Source of the DNA: Penicillus capitatus
Taxonomy: Eukaryota > Plantae > Chlorophyta
Assembly: GCA_965649825.1 (NCBI GenBank)
Contig: OZ287698.1
Coordinates: 945,949 to 1,009,948, forward strand
Reading direction: 5' to 3'
Length of the DNA: 64,000 nt
The notes below the pieces were generated by a model, which saw only the letters and a program-made list of their open reading frames with translations, made no database searches and was not told the DNA's origin. This document shows positions 23,481-35,565 of this stretch, one piece after another. How positions within the stretch are numbered: the stretch's first letter is position 1; every line of letters starts with the position of its first letter. A program made the translations under genes and the position numbers.

Positions 23481-26400
23481 ATCGACAATCAATGCCGTGT
23501 TCTCTTGGGGAACCGATCACACTTCGCATCCATCGAGCGCTTCTGGAGAGGGATACATATATCAACCGTCGAGCATTTCGGGGGAAACCGAATGCGGTCT
23601 TCCACTCAGATCACGTCAAGTTTGTATCCTTCGGTCGCCGTGGCGCTGCCTTCGGTCGATGCCAAATCGTACCCCAACTCGGTCTGCCCCTGTCAAATCG
23701 TAAGCCATTCTTTTGCCAAGGGAGATAGACGCGCAGGGGTTCGCCGTTTAGAGTGTCGCGTTTTTCGAAAGTGTATCGTGACAGGACAGAGCCAAGAGGA
23801 ACAGGAACGCGTGGCGTGGCCCAATATCGAGCGATATCGCCATCTGCGCTTCAGGGCACGTCACGTCATTACCAGCCGTGGGCGATCATGCCATACAACG
23901 TTGCGCCTGCGTGGAACACCAGTCGACTGCTGTCGTTTACAGAGAATCTGAAGCACGGTTGTTTAGACTTTGTGCACGTCTTGAAGTTGATAATGTCAGA
24001 AAGAAGGTGAGCTAGCTCCATGCGTAAGCGTTTTCGAAACATATGACACAAAACGGTTTATCTTACCTTGATGAGGAGGTGGATCAACAATAACCCACAT
24101 CACAGTGCATCCCCAAGAACTTTAAGGCGAAATTGAGCGACCGGAGTTTAAGCGCGCACGCCTCCGCTAGGCTCGAAAAGAGAGGAACACAGAATCGCAG
24201 ATATGCCAAATGCGTTCACACAGTTCTACGTCACGCGCTCACTTCTCCAAGAGGAGAACGAGAGGCATGAAACGAAACGCAGGACTACTGTGTTCTCACG
24301 GATCGATCGCTGCTTGATTGTCGTACGTTGCAACATCGCCCGAAGGCGGAGCAAGCGAACGCACACACATACTTGATGGGATCAGTGGTCTGTGTCCTGC
24401 GAGCCATCGAGGACAATCTCGGTTAAGGACCGTCGGAAATACTCTTGGACACCAGACGACATTCTGCGCGCCGACAGATGATCAAAGAAGGACGATGCCG
24501 TTGCGATGCCTTGATCCATCGGAGAGCATCTCACTGTCGCGCTTCTCTCGATGGACATCCGCTCGAACGGCCTTTCCGTCTGTTTGAAGCAATTTGCAGC
24601 AGAAAGTGAAAGCAGCCGATCAAGATTCAACATGACGCAGGTGCGAATGATCGACATGGCTGAGTCCCGAACGAGTAGTAAACGGACGAGTCGTGCAGGC
24701 GTGTGTCGAGGGGAGAGTAGAAGATCTACGTGCGAAGGATGCGATCGTTCTCAAAGGCGAGCTTTAAACAGACAAGCGTTGCATTCAAAGAAGTGTCCTG
24801 CCCCTTTCGCCTTTCTCATCGCCGACAGACCGAACGACCAGCGCAGTGGTCGATTTCCGAAATGGTTATGTGAATTCTTCATCAGAAGGACAGGCGCCGT
24901 GGGCGCCCAAACAAAAAGGCGTACCCCCTTGCAGAGAAACATCCATTCTGTAAAACCAAGCATGGACGTTTCGTGAAAGGACAAGAGAAACCATACGCGC
25001 TTGCAGGATCGACGATATTCACTTGTCGCCGCGTACGCAGGCGGGACATGGCGAGGTTTCAGTCAGCACTGCTTTCAGCCAACAATGAGCGAAGTCGCGT
25101 CTCCACACCCATCCCACGCAATCTACAACGAGTATTGAGTCATGCATCGCACTTCAGAGGAAGGCGACAGACCAGGATTGCACTTGCACAATGTGCAACA
25201 CACTTTAGGTTGTGTAACGCTCGTGATGGGTCCATCTGTCAAATCACCGCCGAATCGATCTTCGCCAAAGGTAGCATTGCATGCCGGAGGAGGCACCTGT
25301 GAGCAATGCAGATGTCGCTGGTGTGAAGAATGGATGGATACAGCAAGCACAGCATTGGATTACCTCCTCAAGATCATAGCGACCGAAACAGACATCACAC
25401 GGTCTCGGCGTTCCAGCTGCGAACTTCAGGAAGCACTCATCAGTGTCTGTGCGATAGACGTACGCTTTGCATCCTAGATCATGGAGCGTCGTTCGAATGT
25501 GATGCGGCATCAGAGAGTCGATGGATACTGTCGCCTAGCGAAAGGCATTCATCTCTGCAGGCCACGGGATTCCCAAGGCCGTCGATCCTCGTTATATCGT
25601 TTCCTACGGGAGGCCGTTAGAGCCAGGAGGGTGGACGGCGTTTTGTTGAAATCGTTACCGAACCAGTCAGTTCCGTTGAAAACCTCGCCAAATAAAACTA
25701 TAGGATTCGTTTAGCGATTCAGAAAGGGTGCATGAATTTCTAACATGGTGATTTGAGAGAGCGTCCATTGTCGACGGGACGATGTATCGGGTGTGCCTGG
25801 GTTCCCTACGAAGCAGTCGATTCGAGAAAACACGGACAGCGAACGTCGAAGACTGAACCGCGAACAGCAGAAACAGTGCCACTCCGAGTGCGCAATGCAT
25901 GCTGTGCCACAAAAGCGTCGCGAGCAAACGACTGGTGGTTCTGTTCAACACGACAAAAAAGAACTGCAGCGCAAAGGTGCACGTTTGCTGAGTGCTGTCA
26001 ACCAGCGACTCCTTTATGTAGTCCGTCGTTGTGAACTTTCGTGCGAACATGATCGCTACGTTGCAGCGACGCGACGCTATCGTGGAGCGATCCGCGAAAG
26101 ATTTGGATGCGTTTTGCCTTGTTGCAGCACCTCACGTCTCTGTCCTCGTCATCACTTCACAGATGGCCATGGAATCTTGCTTCCCTGCAGCGACAAGCCA
26201 TCCAGAGCAGCACGTCGTTTCACGAACTTCATGATGCACTTCGTCTTCCATGCAGCAACAGAACGTTGGAAACGCGAAGCTCTCGTGCTGCGACGAGAAG
26301 TATTTCAGCCACAGGCACTTCGGCTTTGTTTTTTTTTCGCAGTGCGTTCCAGAACGACGTTCAAAAGCCGCATGACGCCCATCGTGCTGACAAGTTCAGA

Positions 26401-29400
26401 GCTTCGCCCCGGTCCCGCACTCAGAGCAGCGTTCGTTGGAGCATGCATTAGTTCGGATTGCGCCGTGCAGCAGCTGCGGGTGTCGCTCGGAGACATCGTG
26501 AACGTTCGGGTTGCTGCCCCACGGCTCAGATGGATGTCGCCTCTGTAGCCGCATCACCACACATCCACACCGCAGTTGTTGCACGCGCGCAGCTCCGTCC
26601 TTTGCACCTAGGGAACACACAGCGCTCGCGTCTTCGCCGTCAGGACGCTCTCCACACAGTGCGGGTAAAGTTGCCGTCTGGTGCCAGCCACAGATTTAAC
26701 TCCATTCAAGCAAAGAAAACAAACAATCGCGCCGTCGACAGGAAAAACGGCACGCTTTAGAGTTGCCCTTAACTTGACGACAGAGAAAGCACCGAGACGT
26801 GCGTTCCTGCGTTCTTCGACAAGTCGTTCGACGATTTGTCTCGTAAACCCCGCTCACCGGAAATCTAGGCGACCTGTCCCGCAAACCGTGTTTCCCAAGC
26901 AGCAAAACAGCAAGGACCGCGAAAGGCTTGGCACTGAACACAATGCATCCTTTCGTCGCAAACCTCACCGTTGCCGTGCCGTGCCGTGCTGCATCATCAG
27001 TACGAAAGATATGTCCGACGTAGGCGAATATCGTCTGGCTGAAGTACTGTCGTCGAGGCACTGACTGTTTTCGAGAAGCATGCCGTCGTTTAAATGTCGC
27101 GTACCCGCAACACGAGCAACGGTTCAGTTACAACTGTTAGATATCCCTCCACCGTCTTCGCAAGCCACAGCCAAGATGCTAACTCTGACATGAAAAGAAG
27201 GCATCTGCTCTAAGCCTGATGGATTCAATCGCACATGTTGTTTCTGCCGTAGCATTTCGTTATGCTCGATGACCGACCTCCACATGCTGGACTCCAATCC
27301 GATCGTGCAGCATCGAAACCGTCCCTAGAGATCAATCGGTACAGGACGGCGTCATCCTACAGGGATTCTGACCCTTTGCCGGAGACACAGGCAGGACAGT
27401 CCGCCTTGTGCCCGCTCAGCGAGTGCTTCAGATCGCAGGTATGAAGGTCGCGTCTCCACGTCCACCCAGAGCAGTCTGGGTGCGCGGATGAAATCGACGA
27501 GAGACGTCACGCTCCCTTGGACGTCACTTCTGTTCGTGTTGCACATCGCGCAGCAGAACGATGGATCTGTAGCGCCAACGAGGCTGCTGAACGCAACACC
27601 CTCTCTGATCGCGCCACACTCGGCATTGCATTCGTCCCCGGGGATCTAGATGAGAAACACATCAAGCAACAGTTAGTCGCCGACACCATCTCAATGCGAT
27701 CTTCTCCGACTTCTTCTCTCTCGTTTCTTCCCACACAGGTATCGCATGGAGTCGGACCGCCCACGTCATACTTGGGCCAGCAGTGATCGTACTCAGTACG
27801 ATAGATGTACGCAACACACTAAGAAGGACAGACGAGCATTTTTCAGCAGATGCTGTCGTCGTGCTCGAGAGTAAACGTTGTCAAGTCTTTGGCATTTGTT
27901 GCAACAGGCAGTCGCACTTCCAAGCCCGACGATCGGGTGGCTCTCGATGTCGTTTCCTGCGGAGAACGATGGACTCTGCCAAAAACGCAATGCGGCGGAT
28001 ACCGAACCAGTCCGTTCCCGAGTAGCTCTGGCCGCACACTACACGAAGAGAACGAGAAATGCGAAGCGGAGCAGCAGGGAATGAGCACTTGGCGCATTCA
28101 AGCTTCGTGCAAAATCCGAATCGGAGCCAGACAAATGGGATCGTGACCCCTACACAAAAGGTTCGATACCGACGAGGGACATCGAGACGAGGCATCCGGA
28201 CCGCGAACAAGAGGCACATCAACAGACCGGACGCGCGGTACATTGTTTGTTGGTCTTCAACCGGTTCGCACCAGACGGAAAGCGAAGAAATCTCTCAGAC
28301 GAGCCCCGGCGAACCCGACCGAGTTCTGTTTCCGCGGCAAAGACTCGTAACACGCAACGAGGAAAGACAAATCGAGAACGCGACGGCGCTGCAGCTCTTG
28401 AAGCTTCGACGGTTCACACAACGCGATCCTTCCGAGAAGTCCGATCAGCGCGACCCTATTGAGCAACAGCCGGTAGTTGAAATGCGAGCTGTACAGTCCA
28501 TCCAACGGGACGCCGGAGGACGTCCTTCACTTGGAATGAAGACAGCCAGCCATCCAGTGGCATATTGGCAGAAGACCACGATACAGTGTGGCCTCTGTCC
28601 GTCCCCATCGGATAGGAGATCAGCGAATCCATCGGAACGGAATGCGAGGTTGAGTTATCGTTCGTCGAGCATCTCTCAGAGCGCTCTCCGGGATGTTCGA
28701 TGTTATTGCCCGGACTGCCGGCAAGGTAGGTTACCTCTGGGTCTGTCCTTTTTCGTAAAGTGCCTTCCTTGTACGCATGAGATGGTTCGCAATATCCAAA
28801 CACCTTCTCGGAAAACAGATAGAAACCTGATGCTGCACCTTCTCACTTCTTCGCATTCGTCGCTTCTGACGTATTCGCGACAAGCCACAAGGTTTTCCGC
28901 CGGCCCCTTTGGTTGACGCGCATTCGAACTCGGGAACTTAACGTAAGCTACAGAATCTCATCGCAAAGACAGTCCACGATTCTGAGGAAACGTGACGTGA
29001 CGATAGTATAAGGGGTTGTATCTTTTTGTCTGTTGAGTCTTCTCACATTCTTGGCTGCGCGACATAGCTGTCGCCGCTGAGTCACGGACAAGTCATGATG
29101 ACTAGGAGTGAGTTCCTGCGAAGTTCTTTGGCAGCTTCTAGCGTTTCAGATTGAACTTCCTACTCTCATTGCGAACTCACTCTTGAAGTTCATCTGTTTT
29201 TCCTGTCGTCACATCCGGGACTGAGTATTTAAGCAAGGCTCTGACGCATAAAAATCATCTCTCGTGTTACATCTGAGTTTCCATTGTCATCTGTGAATCA
29301 CATACAATCGGTTTCTGTCTTACAAAACATTCACCGTCTATCATCAGTTGTAACAAGTCGCTCTTTGCTGCAAAAGCTGTTGGTGTGGCCTTCGAGCTTT

Positions 29401-29913
29401 CGCCCGTCCTCATCTGACTCCAAGACTTCCGCTGCGCTTGTGAGATGAGTCAACCCGGAGACGATTCAGGCGCTCACTCCCCACGACAACGCCTCCGCCG
29501 TCGCGCCAACGATGGGGAGATACGGGTCCACGCCGAGGATATCCTCGGAAATGTGGAGCGTGAGGCGGCTGAAGGGAGTTCTTCACAATCTCATCGCAAA
29601 GACAGTCCATAAAACCGCACAGTCGCTTTTAATCCAAATGGCACAGACCGCTCTCCTCTCCGCGTTCGTCGCAACGTGTCTCCCGACTTCCTATGTGTCA
29701 AAACGTGATCACGACTTCAAAACAATCTCGATGACAGATGCATTCGAGAGTCTAGAAACCGCTAACGACGCCAGGAGCAAACGCGTCGACGCGACTCCGA
29801 AGAACACCATCCAAGCGGCGAAGAGCTTCGATTGGCAAAATCGTAGATCAAAGGGCCCTTGACGACTGACGTCGCGCCGACGGAGGCGAGATTTGACGTC
29901 GAGCAGCATCGGC

Positions 29914-30620
29914 CGATGAACGCCATCGGCGACAATCGATCTCATCGAGCCACGTCCCAATCGCCTGCGCCATTATCCACGAACGACGGCGAAGTTTAAT
30001 CGACATCGACAGAGGCCGATCGATCGGGCTCACGCAGAAGAAGCTGTCAGGAAGCTCTCAGCGAAACGAGGTCTGAAGAGATAAGCATTCCACGCGGTTT
30101 CGTCTCTCAATCTCGCCGACTGATCTTGCATTCCCGTTCGAATCTGAACACCTTCAATGCAGCCTGGTCTGATCAATTAAGATCGTGTCGAATGTCGATC
30201 GATTGACGACCATCGATTTGCATTGTCACAAGGAGCCGACTCTCCAAGAAAGATCCGTGCCCTGCGCGTTATAAAGATTAATTCACGCGTAGTCGGATCG
30301 AATTCGACAGCAGCAAACAAGGATTCGGTGTAGTTTGATTTCGACGCATCGATGAACCTGTTTAGCGGATCACGCATCGACACTGCGGCGACGAGCAACG
30401 GGAAAAGCTCACTCGAATCATCGACGGTATCTGACACTGTTCGGGCAGCGATCGCCACGACAGGTGTTAATCGAGACAAGATCACCGACAGCTAGTCCTC
30501 TGACAGGCCGCGGACGACGATGATCGATGGCTGTTGCCGCACAATCGGACACAATCGAGGCTCAAAAAGCAGGAACATTGCGATACCTATGGCTCCCCAA
30601 ACAAACCGATCCCGATCCGA
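29914..30620. repeat. Dispersed repeat, copy A (homologous to 46327-47040)
   Basis: Colinear blocks shared with copy B, such as AATCGATCTCATCGAGCCACGTC, TAGTCGGATCGAATTCGA, GTTTGATTTCGACGCATCGATGAA, GGCCGCGGACGA and AAAAAGCAGGAACATT. Confidence 0.9.
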
Positions 30621-32014
30621 TTTTGTTTGCGTCTCAATTAACGCTGATCGATCTCTTCTTCGAAGTTGCCTACGTCTTCGGAAAGATCGCCAAGAAACAT
30701 GCACAGCTGTGCTGTCGGAAATGGGATCCTCGGTATGTCCTTTTCTCGACGCCTTTCAATTGTCGAGGTACTGCACACAACACTGAAGCCCTTTCCCATC
30801 GAACGCACCAACAATTGTGGCGTTAGAGACGCAAGACAGTTGTTATATTCGTCAAACGTTGCGTGCCTGATCGTTTCATAAGCAACATCGACGGTCTCTT
30901 TTGTTAGATGCCACTGTTGCTTCATCTCGCATGAGCAAACGTTCCAGCAACCGAACGCTATAGGATGCACACAAGTTTTAGAACAAGATCGATACCTTTG
31001 CAGCGACGCATCAACACGAAACGTCACGCTCACTGACAACGAAGTCCGCGACTAAAAAGACTTGGCCAAACGCTCCCAGACGTAGAGCTCTCACATGCAT
31101 GCGAGCCGGCGCTGCGCGTCCTTTCTAGAGCTCCCACCCGTCCGAAAATTCGAAAGACGCCTGACAACGGGGGTGCGAAGGAACGGATTTCGAGTCGCGC
31201 CGACTCTTTTGGCAGCTGCTGATTAACAATGGTTGTTCTTAAATCCTGGATCTGTCCGCTGTACACAGCAGACGTACCGATTCATCTCACAAACGCTCAG
31301 CGTCAACGGAAAGACACTCGGCTTCGGTTGTAACGATCGGAGCGGGAAAACGGTCAGGTCGTGCTGTGATGCCGATGCCGTCGTATCAGGTCAGCACAAA
31401 CAGAGAATGTCCCTTCGAGCACTTGAACGGCAGTTAGACTGTGTGCAGCGCTCTGACAGCGGAAGGCCCAGACGCATGTGGCTGCGAACGAACGAACGAA
31501 CGACGTAGGTTTCCTCTGCCTCGATGACGATGATGGGACTGCAAGGGTTCGAGAAGATGGGTGATGGAACTGCGAATGTTCCACGGGCGCGGGATTCTAC
31601 GACCTTGCTGACGATGGTGGCTGCGAACGCTCGAGAGGACGACGATGGAACTGCGAATGTTCCACAGGCGTAGGATTCTACAACATCCTGGTCGGAATGA
31701 ATCATCGCAGATCATTATCTCGGTATAAATGCTGACAGCTCAGATCTCTGAGGACATTCTGCTGCGATCCGTTTGCAACGATTTCCTCGACGAGTGCTGA
31801 CCTTTTTCAAACGCTTTGCGTCAGTCTTGTCGGCGCGCTATTTCGCGCAAAGGCCGTCTGTCACGATCTTTTGAACGCGTAGACGTTCAGAGAACACCCA
31901 TTACGCAAGGTGACGGCGTGCTGCGTTCGTTCGTTCCACAGCACAGCGCCGTTTCTTCGTCGTCGAACTCAAGAACTCGTTTTAAATTGTTTTGCTGCAG
32001 TGCTGTGGCCCAGG

Positions 32015-32892
32015 ATGCAAACCGTGTTCGTGGTGACGCTGCTGGTCCTCCTTACGGTTGAATCCCTTTTGCTCGCGAGTGTCTAGAAAACGTTCTTCTC
32101 GCAGGGAGTCCAGTCCAGATTTACGGATTCGCTCTTGAACTTCGTGGAGGAAACCAACGCACCAGGTTTTTACAGTACTCGACTTTTTGGTGGGCTCATC
32201 GTTTTTTCTAGAGTGTGGTGTGATCTACAAGGGAACCACCTGGGATGGTAACACCGCTTTACTCGAGACGAAACTGATCGCTTGACGCAGGAAACGATAT
32301 CGAGGAAATCAAAGAAGTCAAAAACGCAGAAGAATGCTGCCTGAAGTGCAAGGAGTATGGATACAGTAAAACCGAATCCACCAAAGGTCCTTTCCCTAAC
32401 AATGCTTTGCGCACTAGCGTGTCGGGCTTACGTCTACAACAGCAAATTCAAGAAATGCTATCCCAAGTATGCGGCATCGGCTCCACGTACCTGTACGGAA
32501 TGCTATGGTCGCAACGAATTCGAACTTGTGCGTTCATCGCTCTTTATTTCATTTGCACTAATGAGTTGTTGGTTAGACACCAAAGGCATCCTGCGAACCT
32601 GTCTATGACGAAACCAGATGGGGAAACGACTTTGCATTTATCGACGATATTACTCAGCCGAATGTGTGCTGCGAGATCTGTTATTCCCACCCAGGTTAGA
32701 CTCAGGGTCTTGATTACATGCACTATCACACCTATTTTCTCTGCAGACTGCGTTGCATGGACCTGGCATCGTAATGAAAACGGATGTTATCTGAAGAACA
32801 AACAAGGAGATTATAAACCGTGCAATGCCTGTATCAGCGGTGACAAGACAGTACAGCCCTTCATATCGATATCTCCAGCCTTCGCACAGTAA
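32015..32892 (+). CDS. Secreted protein with two PAN/Apple domains (paralog of 20458-21279)
   Basis: Sequence MQTVFVVTLLVLLT^GVQS, then CGVIYKGTTWD^GNDI..ECCLKC..CRAYVY..CYPK and CVAWTW..CYLK..CNACISG. Six GT-AG introns. Confidence 0.8.
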
Positions 32893-33762
32893 TGTTCTTC
32901 GTTTCTATTCTCGAGAGCTACATGCATATCTGTTTTCAGATAAGCAAATGTTGGTCAGAGATGCAGCCTGGCTGTCGCAGACGAGGAAGTCGCCCCTTTT
33001 TGAAGAGCAGTTTGCATGAGTCTTTCTCCATGCACACAACATTTCCTCTAGTGCATTTTTTCTTTTGTCGAAGAACGCAAAGGCGCAGGTCGCCTTCTGA
33101 ATTCCAGTCTTTATTGTGTAGCTGCATCTTTTCGATGCACGAACCTCTCTCGAAGTTTGCAGTCTGTTGATGTGTCCGTTGCATGTTGTCTCTTGAAGAA
33201 CGCAAAGGCGCAGGTCGCCTTTTGAAATCCAGTCCTTTTTTGTGTGACTGCATGGTCTCAAAGCGAACGCGCTACGCCGACAGCAGAGAGCCCCCTCCTT
33301 GGCGTTATGTACAGACGACGTCCATCTCCTGGCACTTCGCCACCGATCTCTAAGAGCAGTTTCATCCAAACACCTTCCGTTAATCGACCTGAGTGTGGCC
33401 TTGTCAATGCGCCTTCGGCACTTGCTTCGCCGAGCCAGATCGAATCGCCGTTTCGTTTACTTGACGACGGCAGACGTATGGCAAATCCTCATTGAACGCT
33501 TCAGTCATCTCACACTCGTGGCACTACCCGCCAACAACACATGCGACAAGTCGAACGCGTCGAAGAACTGCGGACACTTCGAGATCTCCCATCGAGCCTT
33601 TCGCCTTCATGAAGAGGGCGCAGGCGGTTCGAGTCGAATAGGCCTATCGCTCTCTTGTCCCCAGATAGAGATGTCATCGCCGTTCGTCGCGATGAAAACG
33701 TCTTGTCGCAGCTGACTCATCTGACCACAACTTCTGCGGATCAAAAACAACGGCGTTCTACA

Positions 33763-34604
33763 ATGTCGCGCGTTCGACAAGACTACGACCAGCTTATCAA
33801 ACTCCTGCTTATCGGCGACAGCGGTGCGTTTCTGCCGCGTGCTTTGAGTCTCCTGGAGCACTTGGCCTTCAGGCGTGGGCAAGAGCTGTTTGCTATTGCG
33901 ATTCTCAGATGGTACTTTCACGGACAGCTTCATCACAACCATAGGGTCAAGCATAACTTCCTCGACGATTCTTTCATGACGTACCGTTCATTCAGAATCG
34001 ATTTTAAGATCAAGAACCTCCACATCGACAACAAGTGGATTCGTATGCAAATTTGGGACACGGCTGGGCAAGAACGATTTCGAACTATCACGAGTGGTGT
34101 GTCATTGTCACACATGTCACATCACGTGTGTCACTCTTTCTTCATGTAGCCTACTATAGAAATGCCATGGGGATTCTGTTGGTATATGATGTCACAGACG
34201 AGGGTTCATTCAAGAATGTTCGAAACTGGATGCAGAACATCAAAGAACACGCCTCAGAGAAAGTGAACAAAGCAAGGATGGCCGTTTTCTGCCGTCCACG
34301 TCCCAGATGCATTGTGGCATAGGTTCTCATTGGCAACAAGTGTGACATCAAGAACGAGCGTGCCGTTTCCTATGGAGATGGACAAGCCTTAGCCCATGAA
34401 TTTGGGATACCTTTTATCGAAAGCAGTGCCAAAACCGGAGAGAATGTGGCAGAGATCTTTATGCAGATTTCGAGATCGGTGCTTCAAAGACTGGAAGAAG
34501 AGAAGAAACCCGAAAAATCCTCAACGAGTGCAACCAATGCTATTATAGGATCTGGACAGCTGGAGGATTTTTCTCCTAAACCCCGCGATGGAAGCTGTTG
34601 CTGA
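33763..34604 (+). CDS. RAB8: Rab8/RabE small GTPase
   Basis: Motifs [14 protein letters not shown]^GVGKS, TTIG^[29 protein letters not shown] and a C-terminal CC. Four introns, the fourth GC-AG. Confidence 0.95.
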
Positions 34605-34927
34605 AGTCCCAATTCCACGCATGCACGCATGCATTCACATCATTGTGGTCCTCTGTGAACACTCACTCCTTCTGTATTGATTTGAACATGTCCTTGAATG
34701 GCATGCGAAGGATCGAGACGTGTTTTTGTGTTTCCGTGCCTGAAAGCGTGAGGAATTATTTTACTCTTGTGATGGTGCATGTCTGAGAATGGATCACATT
34801 CTCTATTGTGATGACGCATTGTACGCTTCTGGAGGTGGTGGTTGCATTTGGATGCCACGAGAGTCCAGCAGCTGAACCAAAACCAGATACAGAACCTATC
34901 ATCCCACACAGTCACATCCATCATCGC

Positions 34928-35350
34928 CTAGAGACAGGTGGTGACATACGCCAATGGTAATGGAGATGACGCCTGTTGCAACAGCTACTCTCCGGGAACG
35001 TAAACGATCGTCATTCATCTCTACCTTCGCCTTCGCCTCGACATCTGACCCACAGATCGACACTGTAAGGACCAAAAAGAAGAGGGCGAAACTGGATGGT
35101 GCTCTGTTCAAGGGAGATGTCTTTTCACGCTCGACTATCTCGTCCTGCTGTATCATGTCCTGTAGGGATGACGGTTAGATATTGTTTGGTATGAAACGCC
35201 GCTTGAGTGACGTGCGGGTTCGATCGCAGTTACCTCCTCATCGGGTACGCATCGAAGAAGGGTGTGGCTTCGACGTGGCGGTCTCCACATCGATGGACGA
35301 ATACACGCAGTCCGATAGGTTATAGCGGACGTTCTTTGCGATGAATACAT
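34928..35350 (-). CDS. Small uncharacterised protein with a transit-peptide-like N-terminus; 3' end uncertain
   Basis: MYSSQRTSAITYRTACIRPSMW...DEE^DMIQQDE...SSFALFFLVLTV, joined by a GT-AG intron. No family recognised. Confidence 0.35.
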
Positions 35351-35565
35351 GATCGTCATACAACAACAAAACGAAAAGATGACCGAGTGGAAGGACTCAG
35401 CGCAATACGCAGGAATGGATGACCGTAGTTGTGTGTATAGATAGATATCACGAAAACGACGTACCTCATGCCCATATCATGAATCTGTCGTTATTTAAGC
35501 ATGAGTCATAAGGTCTATTCGTGGGATTCTTATTTCCCCGGTGTTATTACATGTATCTGCGGATC

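Noticed and set aside
24318-24500. ABCG-like fragment (HILDGISG...GPS..LLD)
   Set aside because: Walker A is absent and the similarity is too short to support.
26440-26520. CDC48 N-domain-like peptide QQLRVSLGDIVNV
   Set aside because: It is a single short match with no flanking similarity.
23500-28900. Numerous ORF-track ORFs of 60-285 aa
   Set aside because: They show no motifs or coherent exon structure and are probably decayed fragments.
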